From the NCBI GenBank assembly GCA_905178155.1, contig CAJINV010000002.1, positions 12,828,387 to 12,892,386 on the forward strand: a DNA stretch of 64,000 bases, written 5' to 3'. This stretch comes from Amoebophrya sp. A120. Taxonomy: Eukaryota > Protista > Dinoflagellata. The translations under genes were made by a program, and so were the position numbers. The notes below the pieces were generated by a model, which had not been told where the DNA came from, searched no databases, and was given only the letters and a program-made list of their open reading frames with translations. Below are positions 49,701 through 62,949 of the stretch, piece after piece (the first letter of the stretch is position 1; each line of letters starts with the position of its first letter).

Positions 49701-52700
49701 CACAGACATCAACTTTCCTCGGATGAGAGAAGTTGAGGCGGTCACTTCAATTTTCCTCCGTCGCGGGAAAGTTGAAGTGGCCATTTCAACTTTTCTCGGA
49801 TGAGAGAAGTTGAGGTGGCCACTTCAATTTTCCTCCATTGAGGGAAAGTTGAAGTAGCCACTTCAACTTTCCTCGGATGAGAGAGGTTGAGGTGGTCACC
49901 TCGATTTTCCTTCGATGAGGCAAAGTTGAAGTGGCCACTTCAAATCTGCTTCGATGAGGGAAATATGAAGTGGCGACTTCGAATTTCCCTCGATGAGGGA
50001 AAGTTGAAGTGGCCATTTCAAATTAATTTCCTTCCTTCGATGATTCAGCGGGCGCGCGGTGCTCGTTTGCCTTCGAATCTATGCAACGCCACTGGCTGCG
50101 TATGGGGTGAGTAAATGTGCGCGCGCACGAGCGCGCGCGCGATATTTTTTTGGTTCTACGGCTTGCCACAGCCTGGTGCCCTGTGTCTTGGTGGAATGAA
50201 CTAACTTTGCGCGCTTTTTGAACTTACTCCCTTGAATCCCTTGAAAAGTGGCGCTGTACTCCTACTCCCTTGGGTGGCGCCAGACACTAATAAACCTATA
50301 TAGTACGCACCAGGTAGACTTCCTTCCAGTCACCACCGCTGACAGATTCTCATCAAGAATGGAAGCCGCGTGTCCCCTTTTTTTAACTTCTCCACTTTAC
50401 TACAACAGGCGTCGATGGCCCCACGGCACACGGGCTCGGTTCCGGCGCGAGCGGGTTTCCTCAGGACACATCGCAACTTCTGGATTTCAGTGCGAATTTC
50501 GAATCTGCGAACCTGCTCCACGCCGCGCACGTGGAGGTGAATGGGGCCGAGGACCACAACAGCTCGCCTTGGATCACCCCTGGAAAGGAGGTGGAGACGA
50601 GCCACGTCGAGGCGCCGCACGGCATCGTCGCGGAGTACGAGCTGCAGATGCGCTCGGACTCGCAAGTTCCGATAGACCGGGCCACCTGCCAGTGGTTTCT
50701 GTTCGCCGTGAAGAACAAAGCGCCCGGGAAGAGCTACCGTGCGCGGATGAAGATCTGGAACTTCCGCAAGCCCAAATCCTGCTACCAGGTCGGGCTGCAA
50801 CCCTACATCTACCGCGTCAAGACCGGGAAGGACACCATCGACAACGTGTGGAGCGGCAGCTCCTGCCGCAACGTCGACTACGCATGCTACGACCCGACAT
50901 CGGCGTCGACAGGAGCCACCAAGGCAGATCCGTCGGGGCGGGGAAGATGGTACTTAGTTGATAAAGTGATGACGGAAAGCTAATTCGCATGCAGGAGCAG
51001 GACCACAAGGTCTCTCTCTGAGTATGTACTTAGATGTAGATTGAATAATTGCACATGATTCATGGGTCTCGTATGTAAAGAAAACCCGTAGAGGTCGTGA
51101 ACCGGGAAAGATATGATAAAGAAGACGGACTTAGGGTTCAAAAATGAAAGTGTGAAACCAACAGGGGTCCTCTCTACAACGTCGGGAACCCTCTCGGCGT
51201 CGAGAAGCAGCCGACCATTCTCCCCACCGGAGCGTACAGTGGCGACACTTTCCCCGCGCTTCCAAAGTCGGAATACTACCAGCTTTCCTTCGACGTGGAA
51301 TTCGAGCACGATGACGAAGTTGTCTTTTTCGCGGCCTACCCCCCATACACCTACACGATGCTGCTGCGGTTTCTGCGCGAAGTTGACCAGCTGAATTCCC
51401 CAAACATCGCCAAGAAGGAAATTGGCCGCACCCTGGCCAACATACCGGTGCCGCTCTTGATTGTGACCAACCCGAAGGTGCAGGGCAGCAGCAAGAAGGA
51501 CGTCGTCGTGATAGCAAGGCAGCACCCCGGCGAGTGCGTGGGCAGCTGGGCCGCCCAGGGCTTCATAAAATTCCTGATTGGCAACAGCAGTCTGGCGAAC
51601 CTGCTCAGGACGACGCACGTGTTCCACATCGTGCCAATGGTCAACGTGGACGGCGTGGTGTACGGAAACAACCGCTGTACCTTGCTGGGCGTCGATCCGA
51701 ATCGATGCTGGGTGGAACCGAATGCGGTACGTATTTTTAGACTTTGATTTTTCTGTCTAATGGAAAATCACGTCTATAAGATTTTGTAGATCTTTTTCGT
51801 GTTTTTCGATTTTTCATGAGACACGATCGAACTACCTTGGGAGCGCGTGCGCGAAGATTCAATTCCTTGTTAATTAAGAAACTACTACAAAGTTGTTCTG
51901 TGCTAGATGAACGCGCTCGTAGGTGACGATCATGAAGCTGCATAACAATCTGATAAAACAGGTCTTGCATCCTCTGGTGAGCAAGATCAAAGCGTATGTG
52001 AGTAGCTTGAACAACAGCCCCGGCACGAATAGCGGGAATAGCGGGAAATATCCCGGAGGCGGGAACTCGAGCGCGACCGCGACCAGTCAGTTCCAGGGCA
52101 CGGAGAAGATGCAGTCGGAGCTGACGTCGAATTTAACGCAAAAGTCCACCTCCGAGTGGGTGATGCAGAGCGAGAACACGCGAGCAGGCTTGAAGGACGT
52201 GGAGGACTTCTCGGATCGGGACCTGGAGTCGATCAAATCCGGGAATTACCTGCAGATCGACTACGACAACAGCAACGCGAACTCGTCCACTCTGAGCGGC
52301 GCCAGCATCTCCAGCCGGCCGAACACGGCGACCGCGACCACCGGGACGAAGAACGTGGTGCTGTTCCTCGATCTCCACGGGCACTCCGCCCGAACGCATG
52401 CTTTCCTCTACGGGTGTCTGCCGCAAAACATCCGGGTGAATGGGCAAAACATCACGCCGCCGCTGCTGCAGGCCGCGTTCCTGGAGGAGGAAACCAACAT
52501 CGAGCTGCAGAAGCAGCTACTGGGGAAGAAGTTCGTGGAGGTCACGGGGACCGGGACCACGGTCGTAAACAACGGCCTCGCGGCGGGAGGCGCGACGGCG
52601 ACCGGTGCTGGGGACGGAGCCGTGGGCGCGGGGATGGGCGCGGGGGCAGCAAATGGGACAATGAACAACAACGCAGGGAATACGGTAGGAGGAAGCGGGC

Positions 52701-54087
52701 ACCAAAGCGGGGGCATGGCGGGGGGTGATACAACTGGAGCGGCAGCGGGGACAGCGGTCGGAGGAACGACAGACGACGCTTCAGGAGCTTCGCAGAACAA
52801 CAAAGACGCCGTACCTCGGCAAAATCAAATCGTGGTGCCACCAAAAATGTTGCGACTCTGCGCGCAGCACGCCGCGTTCCCAAAAATCTGTGCGCTCGCG
52901 TCGACGGACTTCTGTCTGGCGCACTCCAACTGGGCCGTCAGCAAAGCACACCGGCGGGCCGCGCGTTGGGTGTTCTACAAACAGCTGGACATCGTGCACT
53001 CGTTCACGGTGGAAATTTCGCTGTTCGGCATTTGCTCGCACGGCAGTCGCAAGCCCGAAGGCCAGCGTAGCATACAGCTGTTCACGCCGCGCCGCGCCGA
53101 GTGGATCGGCGTCGCCCTCGGACGATCACTTGTGCCACACCTGCAGCCAGACAGCACCAACGCACTTGAAATCGCAGCTAGTCCGTCGAGCTTGCCTTTT
53201 CTTACCTTCGACAAACTTCAGGGCGAGAAGCTGATCGAGAGGGTACGTGTACACCTGCTGGCTGCTGTTGCTGATTGGATTCAGTTTCATCTGATAGTAG
53301 AGTACATAGATTAGAACATTTGGTTGAGGTACGTACTTACACATTATGAGTGATGCTTTTCACGCTTTCATTTCCGTTACTAGGATATGGCTATGGGACG
53401 GGTGCAGGACACCACCGACGCAAATCAACCCAAGTACTGAAAGTTGGCTTACTGAACTTTCTCATGGTGAAAAAACAGATTCTCCGGTCCTTCGAGATGC
53501 AGCTGCAAGAAGTGTTCTCACGCGATAACACTCTTTCTGGCCTCATGTCGAAGATGGACGTGGGCGGGCACTCAGACAGCGACCACAGCGGTGATGTATC
53601 ACAGTGAAAAATGCCCCCACCCCCAAATTTGCACAAATTTGTGATGCGAAGTTTCCAAATGAAAACTTTTTGTCATGCATAAAAGGAGTATGAGTCTTTG
53701 TTTCTGATGGATGCAGATTCTCGGCTTGTATCGCATCGCTTGCATGACAAGCGCCGCTCTTGCTGGGATCTGTTGCGATACAAATTTTCGCTATTCACGA
53801 TTGGAAATCTGTGATGCTGCTAGATGCAAGAGGGCGAATGCTTCTGTTGGAAAGGTTTGCAATGCAAATGCTCCCAAGTTCGGGGGTGGGGGCGTTTTTC
53901 ATGGTGATATGATGAGGAGAAAACTTCCAAGAAAAAGAAGAAGGCGAGCGCTACGGGAGATAAAAAGGACTCCGGCGGTGGTGGGGACGCCAAGAGCGGA
54001 GGCAACACGGGCGGCGGAGGTGGCGGAAAAAAGAAAACAGCTGGGGGCGCGACCGGCGGAAACAAGAAGAAAAAGACGGGAAAGTAG
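46752..54087 (+). CDS. Cytosolic carboxypeptidase (M14, Nna1/CCP/AGBL tubulin deglutamylase family)
   Basis: FESANL, QWFLFAV, YPPYTY, ARQHPGE, PMVNVDGV..GNNRC..GVDPNR, DLHGHS, SFTVE. Confidence 0.92.
47319..47563. mobile_element. Introner family A
   Basis: TIRs, DR CGCGG. Confidence 0.88.
48268..48520. mobile_element. Introner family A (reverse complement of 1771-2022)
   Basis: TIRs, DR CAGCA. Confidence 0.9.
48592..48876. mobile_element. Introner family C
   Basis: TIRs, DR CAGTA; core similar to 2074-2352. Confidence 0.9.
49455..50020. repeat. Tandem array of ~15 palindromic units (38/39-bp period, 77-bp higher-order dimer) in intron 49260-50408
   Basis: Core GAAAGTTGAAGTGGCCACTTCAACTTTC is its own reverse complement; short alternating linkers based on CTCGGATGAG / CTCCGTTGAG. 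Confidence 0.93.
53597..53909. mobile_element. Introner family B
   Basis: TIRs, DR TGATG; core similar to 1375-1681. Confidence 0.9.
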
Positions 54088-55552
54088 TCGAGAAGTTGAT
54101 GAAGCCTTTGAAGGCCTAATTTCCGAAAGAACTTGGTGCAGACAATAACAACTGAGCTATCTGTTGTCGTGTGTACAAAAAACAATACTAACTGGTTTTT
54201 CTGCACCGAGTGACCGGCTCATGGTCCGGGTCGTCCGTACGTCGCTTCTTTTTTTTTCTCGAACCCATGCTTTATCTACCTACTCCTACACGCACCGGGG
54301 TTCGTACTTACACATTTTTTCAATAAGTTGAGACTGTTGTGTTTCTGATTATTCGGACACTTCTTGACCTATCGCGGCCCGTTTCTTTCCGTATCTATTC
54401 GAACTTATGTCATCAAGCTATGAGTATGAAAAATTTATTGGAGCAGTAGAGAAATAACAAGCCGAACTGCAGGAGACTTTTGCATCTTTGATACTGTGAC
54501 CAAAATTACCGAAAGTACAAAAGCTGAGCTTTTCACCTGAACATGTTGTAAATTCGTCCTCTAATGAATAGCGTTCTTTGGTGGATTTGGCTAGTGGTTT
54601 CGCCTCTCGTCAGTCTTTTCCCAATTCACAACTAGTGGTCCTCTTTGTAGAGAGACCGCGAAATTTGTTGAGATGACGCAGTCGCAATCTATTGCTAGGA
54701 GCGAAGCTGCAGACGAGTACCAGGCTGAGCGGAGCTCCACCGTTTTTCATGTGTTTTTTTCAACACAAAAATAGAAATACCGGAAGCGGTGAGGCACTGC
54801 CGTCAATTCTGGGTACTTGAACTTATGTCATGTTGAGACTGGTTTTGCGCAACTTGACTTCACTTTATTCATTTCTACTACCGAACAAGTTGAAACTGTT
54901 GCCTTGTTGGTCCCTAAAAGGAGAACAGCGTGCATTTGCAGCACATCTAGTGATGAATATCAGCGAACTACAAATCCCTATCCTCGAAGATATTGAAATG
55001 TGTGCCGAACAGGCGAACCTTGTTCCTCTTGTGTCGCAAAAGGACGCACTCGCATGTTCGCCATACGAAGAAAATTGAAGTCTAACTCGGTTTTGCATGG
55101 GGCCGCAACCTTCAAAAAACTGCACACGCGGACAGATGACGACGACCAGAATGCGCTCCGCTGATTTTCTTCGCAAGGTTTGTACGCAACGCATCCAGTA
55201 CAGATTGAGACTTTATGGAGCGGTGGACTCTTCTCTGCGATTCTGGCGGCACTGGAAATGAACATAACGATCTTGTTGCTTTTGACGTTTGGCACCGGTG
55301 TGATAGATCCTTATCCAGATCTCCGGAATCGTCGGTTGGAAAAAACAAAAGACCGAAAAAGCGACCGAAAATCTGCCACGGTCTTTCCACCTCGCCATTT
55401 CACAAAATCCTTATATTTTTTGCACGGCACAGGACGGAGTAGGTCGTCGAGCATGTACAGCAACAAAGTAAAAAAGCTTGACGAAAACTATGCCACAGGA
55501 AATATAGTGTCTGGAAGAATATAAGAATCACGAATAGAAAGACGCAGAACAA

Positions 55553-57647
55553 TATAAAAGAGACCGGTACGCGCTGAGGCCTAGATTTGTAATCACGATG
55601 CTACGATGAGGGTTACTATTTTTGTGTCGCGCATACCATCGGGGAAAGCAGGGGGCCCCCGCCTCCCGCCCTCTCGCCCGCTGCGTATCCCGCTTGCAGG
55701 GGGCCCCCGCCCTTCCGCCTGCCGCCTCCACAGGGGGCCCCCGCTCCTCACCGGGGCCGCCCGCCTGGTGAAACAGGGGGCCCCCGCCCCCCGCCCTCTC
55801 ACCCGCTGCGTATCCCGCCTCCGCAGGGGGCCCCCGCCCTTCCACCTCCGCAGGGGGCCCCCGCTCCTTTCCCGGGTCGCCCGCCGGAGGCCACAGGGGG
55901 CCTCCGTCCTTCTCCGCGGTAAGTCTCTCTCGCCCGCAGGGGGCCCCCCACCTCCACCTTTGGTGCCCTAGGGGGCCCCGCGCCTTTCTCTCCCGCGCGC
56001 AGGGGGCCCCCGCCCCTGACTCCTGGAGTCCGCCTGTGGTGCCCAAGGGGGCCCCCCGCCTTTCTCTCCTGCCCACAGGGGGCCCCCGCCCCTCACTCCT
56101 GGTGTTCGAGGGGGTCCCCCGCCTTCCTTTCCCACTCGCAAGGGCTCCTGTCAAGTACATCGCTCCGCGCCCGCAATAGGGGAAACGCAGCGGGGCCCCG
56201 CCCCGCATTCACCCCCGTTGCCGCAGGCCGGGAGCTCGCGCTGGCGCCCTGCCCTCCCAAGAAGTGGCAACACATTCATGGGCCCCGCGCGGCTGAAGTA
56301 CATAACCAGTAGCGACGCCTAGGCCTCTGCGCGGGGCCAACCGCAAATACGCGGCTGGGCCAACCAGTAGCGCCGCGTGGGCCTCTGCGCGGGGTCAACC
56401 GCAAGTACGCGGCTGGAGCAGGGCAGACGTACGCAAAGGCCCGCGCATAGCGCCTGAACACACGGCGACGGCGACGTGGGACGGCGGGCACAGAGTTGGA
56501 CAAGCTGACTGTGGCCGCCGACGTGGGAACGCTCGCACGCTGGCCGCGCGTGCCGAGGTGATCGGCAGGGGCGGCCTGCGCGAGCGGGGGGCCTCTGCAA
56601 GAATTAGGGGCAGCAGCCCTGTTGGGCTGTCACTGGTGTCCATGTTGTTTAGGAAGGCCGCAGGACTTTTGTGCTCGTTGGGTGTCAATGCGCCGCATTG
56701 ACAACGAACCAGAGCAGTGCGTTGGGGAATACTGCCCACATGCGCCGGCACACGCACTACGCGCGCGGGAAAATATTGCCCCCAAGCGTTGGCGCCAACA
56801 TGTGCCAGGGCACGGACGCAGTGCGCCGAGCAGCCGGAGCCATGCTGTTAGGGCGTGCGGATTCTGACCCGCGCCGGCAAGGGCCACCACGGAAAAAAGT
56901 AGACACGCGCCCGGGCGCGCAACGGAAATATTGCCCACATGCGCCGCGGTGCGGGCTAGCGCGATGCCAGGCAGCCGCAAGCCTGGCGCGGAGCGTTGCA
57001 AGAGGAGGCGCTCCGTGAAACAGGGCCCACACCGTCGCGACCCCAACGCGCGACGGTCGCGACAAACCACGGAAACCAACTCCGGACGCTGGCGCCATAC
57101 CATTGGGGTTCGAGAGAAAGTCGCCGCGCTTGTTCCGATTTGTGTCACGGCGAGACACATCGTGAAAAAAGGACCCTGCCCTCGTGATTCGGCTGCGCGG
57201 CTTTCGCGAAATATCGCGGAAAAGCAGAAAAAACCAATGCCGCAAACAGGGCCCGTAGCATCGCGATTCGCGACGCAAGCGGTAATTTTTTGCACGATTT
57301 TTTGCACGGTGCAAATACTCGTGCAACAGAGGCCCTACCATCGCGATTAGCATAGAAAACACAGCAACTTTTGCACGATTTTCACCAGTTTCACGACAAA
57401 TCCCGGGACTCGGGAAATCCCGGGATTCCGGAAAGACGTGAGTAAAAGACAAAAGCAAAAACCAGAAGACTCCGAAGGGCCAACCCGCATGGTATGGCGC
57501 GCGTAGGCCAATAAAGTCCTTACGTTTTCGTAATGTAAAAAAAAGCCGCTTCACGAGGGCACCACGCCCGGGTATATACGCAAGGTTTGACCCCAATCAC
57601 GATGCTAGTGCGAATAATTCTGGGCCTCAGCGCGTACCGTTCTGATA
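55553..57647. mobile_element. Non-coding GC-rich TIR element (left boundary approximate)
   Basis: Inverted CGGTACGCGCTGAGGCC(T/C)AGA starting at 55565 and ending at 57639; right end ...CTGATA; 13-bp direct repeat AATCACGATGCTA at 55591-55603 and 57595-57607. Confidence 0.7.
55645..56210. repeat. Cluster of GGGGGCCCCC(GC) palindromic motifs
   Basis: More than 10 copies at irregular ~25-60-bp spacing. Confidence 0.85.
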
Positions 57648-57938
57648 TAAAAACAATCCTCACCTACACAGACATTCGATTTCTTCATCTTGATGGTGAA
57701 GTAGTATTCTTGAATGAACAGATATGAGCTTCTCAAAGTAAAAGAGTTTCAGTTCGGATGTTCTTCGTGTGAAGTTGCTTCGCGGAATTTTTATGATTAT
57801 ACCCGCTAAGCGGTACACCCACACAGTCACAGACACACACATCAATGAACATTGCTTATCTACTTTAGTAGAGGCAAAAATAGAAAATAACCGTTGTCTT
57901 TTTGTTTTCGGTTTGGAGGAAGTAGAACGAGGAATAAG

Positions 57939-60604
57939 ATGTACCGAGCTAAACTGGAGATCAATTCTTCGGACCCCACGCGGGGCCGGATCGAGGTGCA
58001 ACACCAGCACGTGAACGCAGGGCACCTGATCCAGAAGACCACGATGCCCGACAAGCAGGCCGCGAGCAAGAAGCCGGAGAAGGTGAACTCCGAGTCCCTG
58101 AAGCAGTCCATCGCGCAGTGGCGCGCCGAGTTGAAAGCCAAGGAGAGCAACGTGGAGCAGCGGGTCACCACCCTGGACCTGATCGACCTGTCCGGGCAGG
58201 AGATCGGCACCGCGGGCTTCGACGCGCTGATGGCGTTTCTGCGGGAGTTCGACCTTGGATTCTCCATCCTGAAGGTGTACAAGAACCACCTCGGCAACGA
58301 AGCGGTGAAGGCCCTGGCCGTGTACCTGAAGGCGCAGCGGCGACCGGTGCACGAAATCCACCTCTCCGACAACTACATCACGGAGGAAGGCATCCGGATC
58401 CTGTTGCGGTCCATCGGGAGCTTGCCCCGGTACCCGGCGGTGAACATGAAGACCACGGCGAACGGCAGTCTGGAACTGCACCTGCAGAGTCTGTACGTGC
58501 GGGTGGACAGCAACATGATCAAGCAGAAGACCATCACCGATCCGGCCTTCCACGACGAGCTGCGGACGATCCGCAACCAAACGCAGAGCAACTGGTCGGT
58601 GAAGACGTCACGCAGGGGGGAGGCGAAGTCGGGCAAGAAGGCCAACGTGTTCGAGTGCGTGGAGGACAAAAACGTCTCCCTGGGGTTGGACAAAAGGAAA
58701 TACCGACTGCAGGACATCGGGTTCGTGGGCCGCGAGCCCTTCAGCTACCCGACGCTGCTGGAGGCGCTGCCGCAGGAGATTCCCATGGTCATCCTGTTCA
58801 AACTCGGCATGCAGTGGGACCGCTCCAGCGTAAACCCGAGCTCGATCCCCGCCGGCGTGCACGAGCCGAGGACCTTGATGCTCTTGCCGCAGCAGGTGGG
58901 TAGTACTTCGAGCGGGGCGGGCGGTGGTCCGCTGACCAACGTGTTTTCCCCGGCACAGCACGAAAAAGGAGCGATAGCTGGCCCCGGGGCAGCGGCAAGC
59001 AGTTCGGCGGCCCCGTCGAACGCACCGTGGGCAGCAGGAGCAGACTCGAAATTGTCGAATGGCAGCAGCTCGTCGTCAGTGGCGGAACCCCCGGGGGGAA
59101 AAAAGATGACCGACCTGGAGCGCGCCGAACAGCTTTTAGGGCCGGAAAAACTGGACTTGCCGATCTCCCTCAAACAGCACATGCGAAAACGAATATTCGC
59201 GGCGCAAACAGTGGGGCGCCTGGACATTGATCCGGAAGAGAGAAAAATAGAGGAAATTCGTCCTCCTGGCGGCTGTGCATTTCCAGAGCCCGTGGTCCGG
59301 ACAGTGTTTGCACCGAGAGGAAATGGGGCGGTATTTTTGAGTTGTATCATCTTTTTTTGGAGGACAAAAAAGTAGTGATAGGGACAATCATGAGTCGCAC
59401 TCGCGAACGCGATCTACTGCATGTTGTTGCACTTAGACTTAGATAATGAGCGGCATTGCATATTGGGCTCACGCTCACACAAACACAGGGAGCATGATCG
59501 TGCGTCGAATTTGTCAAAATAAGGCTGTGAAATACAACAAAGTAAATTATCCGACAAAACAGACAAGTTCGTCCGCCGGATCTTCCTCAGGCGGCGGGAA
59601 CCGCGTCAACGGCACTACAACTGAAGCGACACTTCCGGCTTCCATAGCAGCGACAAGTCCTCATGTCCCAGCAGTCACAAGCCGGACCCCAACGTCGCGT
59701 CAGGCCCCGCTGTCAAACGGAGTAGGAACCAGTACGACAACGGCGTGGCCCGCCGCGGCTGCAACTAATGCTTCACAAGGCAGAGAGATACGAGCGAACT
59801 CCCAGGCGTCGGCACCTTCCTCGCAGGCACCGACGTCCCGCGCTTCCAGGGCCGAACTCACCGCACCGCACCCAGACGCGACAACGCTCGGAGAGACGCT
59901 GCTGGACCAGCTCCTCGACGCGGGGGATTCACCGGAGGACCAAAACGCGGGCGCCGGAACTGTCTCTCCACCTGATGAATCTCCCGCGACAGACGTGGAT
60001 GTGACCCCAGGTAAGTAGTAATTATGTATAGTACTCACGTAGATCATGACCTGATTTCCCGACGCCATCATACAATCATTGGTCCTTGCTGCAGCTTCAA
60101 AGAAACCGACGAAAGTGAACGCGCTAGCGAGCTGCAAGTAAGTCTTGCAGTTGCATGTTGCTTTTCATCAGGGCCTCCTTCGTGTGTGATAAGTGATATC
60201 CAAGAACCCAGAGGTAGAGGAATGAGTCATATTCGTGATTATGACACAACGTCTGTCATGAAGAAGAAGAATATTTCGTATTGATTTAGTCCAACTCTAT
60301 CACATCATCTTCAATATCAGACATGGCGCAGCCGAACCAGAGCCCGCCCATCCTGCCGGCCAAGTGGGTGGCTGAAGGCGGCAACATGCCGGACGAGTTA
60401 CTGTTTACTTTCATCCAGTGTCTCCAGACTGATCTGCAGGGCTACTTCCGTGAAGCCCATTCGGCCAGCACGTTTGCCCCGCCACCTGACAACTTTATCC
60501 GGGAAGCCGTGCTGTATTTTGGACCGGAAAAACACGAAGAGATTCTGGACTACGTGCGTCATTGCGTCGAGGACTTGAAGTCCGACCTGAGCCGATTCTT
60601 GTGA
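57939..60604 (+). CDS. RNI-like leucine-rich repeat protein (3' end uncertain)
   Basis: IDLSGQEIGTAG, LKVYKNHLGNEAVKALA, IHLSDNYITEEGIRILL. Confidence 0.75.
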
Positions 60605-61965
60605 GAACCACGGTTCTAGTTGTACCTATGCATCTGGGGCGATGCTCACATATATCCAGAACAACGTCAACAGCACGGGCGTGCTGGCGAGCGTGTTTGT
60701 TATACTCATGGCTGAACCTGCACCTCCTGCGGCCGGGCTGTCGCAACGTTTGTGCCACTTCTACTTGCCTCGCAGATTGTGACGATCCATTAATTTTGCG
60801 GCGCTCTTGTGGGCTCTACTTACGCGCTCAAAGCCCTTCGAGACAGAAACAACGCGGATCCGCTACAGGAGCCGGCTGTGCTTTGTCGCTGTTTTTAGAA
60901 GTGTCCCGCTATCAATCCATCATTCATATCTTTGGTTCAAAAGCTGGCGAGCGCACGGCCACAAGTAGTTTTTCAATGGAGTAAGTACTTACCTCTAAGG
61001 TGCCGAACTGCCAAGCACGAGGACACCGGTCGATCGGGGGTGGTGCTTCAGCATCAGAAGACGCATTCGCGCCTCTTCTTCTGTCTGTCGTGCGTCGCCC
61101 CCTGCTGAGGCCGTTGGAGTCCATCTCGCTTTTGCGTTAAATTGTCTTTACTTACTTTTCTAGCGACTACAATGCGACACTCATGTTCATCATGACCCTA
61201 ACATAGACATAGGACGACTTTTTTCCAAGAATAAAGAAAAAGAACGAACCGCGTTGACGATTATTCCGGCCATTTCCACCACACAGACTGCCGTCTATCG
61301 AGGAAAGATGGCACGATGTCCTGCCGGCAAGAAAGTTCAAAGCGTTTTCCACACGTAAAAGGGGACCTGCACCCCGTTCCCGTCATAGTGAATTGGATAA
61401 TGCCGTGGGATCTATTTTCATGAACAAGCGAAGGTGAGGCTCGGTCCTTCGCACGTCTACTCACGGATGAAAAACTGTACCTGTAAGAGATCGAAATCAG
61501 ATTTCACTTTTTGTCATACGGCACTAATATACTGAATATCACATCGGTTTTATGCATTGTATTCGTTTTCTCGTTCGTCCTTGTACTACTCTTATTCCCT
61601 CTTTTCTCCGTTCGTGGTGTCCGTTCGTGGTGTACGGGGAATGGGCGCGACAGTGCAGTCGTCTCATCGTTTTCGCCATTGCTAGTTTCACGGAAGTATT
61701 AACACCCACCCGTCTCATCTTCGTCACGGGGACAAAAGAATTCTGATTGTGTCGCTTTGTTGCACATGTGTGGAACCACAACTACCTCGCGAGACCGATT
61801 ATATGGTGTCCATTTATTCTCCTCTCATTAGGTTTTTTTCAATATGCTTTTGAGACGAGTATCGATATGCGAGCAAACTTGACGTTTGGCGACGCTTTCA
61901 TCTGAAACAGGCGAGGCAGGGAACGAACACGAGGAATCCGAAGAGAGTCACCTTGCCATCTCAAG

Positions 61966-62949
61966 ATGACGGCGCACGAACAAGCGACCGATGCCAAAAA
62001 GACCGGCGATGATAACGCTCCCGGATCAACAAGCACATACTCGAATGACGAAGCGGAAGAGGAAATCACCCGGAGTGAGTGTGAGGATTGCAGTCTAAAT
62101 ACGACCTTTTCATCTTCCAGAAACAGCGGCACCGAAGTAGACGGGCAGGGGTCAGATTCGGGCTCAGATGAAGATGTAGAGGACGGAGATGAAGACGATT
62201 ACTACAGTGAGGGGAATCTTCCCACGTCCTTTTTTCCGAGCTTAGCCCAGGACTATGACGAGATGTTTTTTCACCGGTTCCGGCCGCTTGCGAACCGACG
62301 CGAGTATCCGACTCTGCTGGACACAGAAATTTTCGCCGGGGAGAGCACTACCGAAAGTGCTGGTCTCTACGATGAGAAATCTCCCTTCGGTTCGGACGAA
62401 CCCAAGCTAATCATGAGATTGCGCGAAGCGTTGCAGATGTGTGAGCAGTTGCGAAACCGGATACCCAAATTCGGCAAGGCATTTTTCCTCGCGCACCTTG
62501 TCGAGATGATCCTGTTCCTCTTCTGCTGCAAGACGACAAGGGCGAGCTTCACAGACCTGTGCTTCTCCGAAGCCTTCAACCTGAACTTTCAAGGAGCGGT
62601 CTTCGCGCTGCTCGGCATCGTGTTCGGAACGATCGGGTTTTGCAGATTTTCCGGGCCCGTGCGGCTCACGTTCGAAATCGTGGGGTTCAGCGCCGCCTTT
62701 CTGCACATCCTCGTCGTCGCGCTCTACCACACGTGCCGGTTTTTTCTAGCCGCCTCGACCGACGCGCTGCTGGACTCGATTGTGGATACCAAAATCTGGC
62801 ACAGCTGGATATCCGTCGCGGTTGCGTTTCTGAGTGGCTTCGCGGCGCCAGTGTTTCACGAGGCGTTGATAGACATAACCTCGGACAAAACGAATCCCGA
62901 GGAGGAGGACGTCAGCGACCTCGTGTGGGAATTGTTCTACGTTTCTTGA
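61966..62949 (+). CDS. Hypothetical multi-pass membrane protein with acidic N-terminus
   Basis: 327-aa ORF with ~4 hydrophobic segments. Confidence 0.7.
   Translation: MTAHEQATDAKKTGDDNAPGSTSTYSNDEAEEEITRSECEDCSLNTTFSSSRNSGTEVDGQGSDSGSDEDVEDGDEDDYYSEGNLPTSFFPSLAQDYDEMFFHRFRPLANRREYPTLLDTEIFAGESTTESAGLYDEKSPFGSDEPKLIMRLREALQMCEQLRNRIPKFGKAFFLAHLVEMILFLFCCKTTRASFTDLCFSEAFNLNFQGAVFALLGIVFGTIGFCRFSGPVRLTFEIVGFSAAFLHILVVALYHTCRFFLAASTDALLDSIVDTKIWHSWISVAVAFLSGFAAPVFHEALIDITSDKTNPEEEDVSDLVWELFYVS

Noticed and set aside
49455-50020. CRISPR array
   Set aside because: Linkers are ~10 nt and near-constant rather than unique spacers; no cas genes; eukaryotic intron.
43741-54087. Functional cilia cluster (CFAP300 next to CCP)
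   Set aside because: Two adjacent genes are insufficient evidence without synteny data.
55528-57596. ORFs in the GC-rich element as genes or transposase
   Set aside because: Low-complexity G/P/R/A translations with no recognisable motifs; open frames are expected at this GC content.
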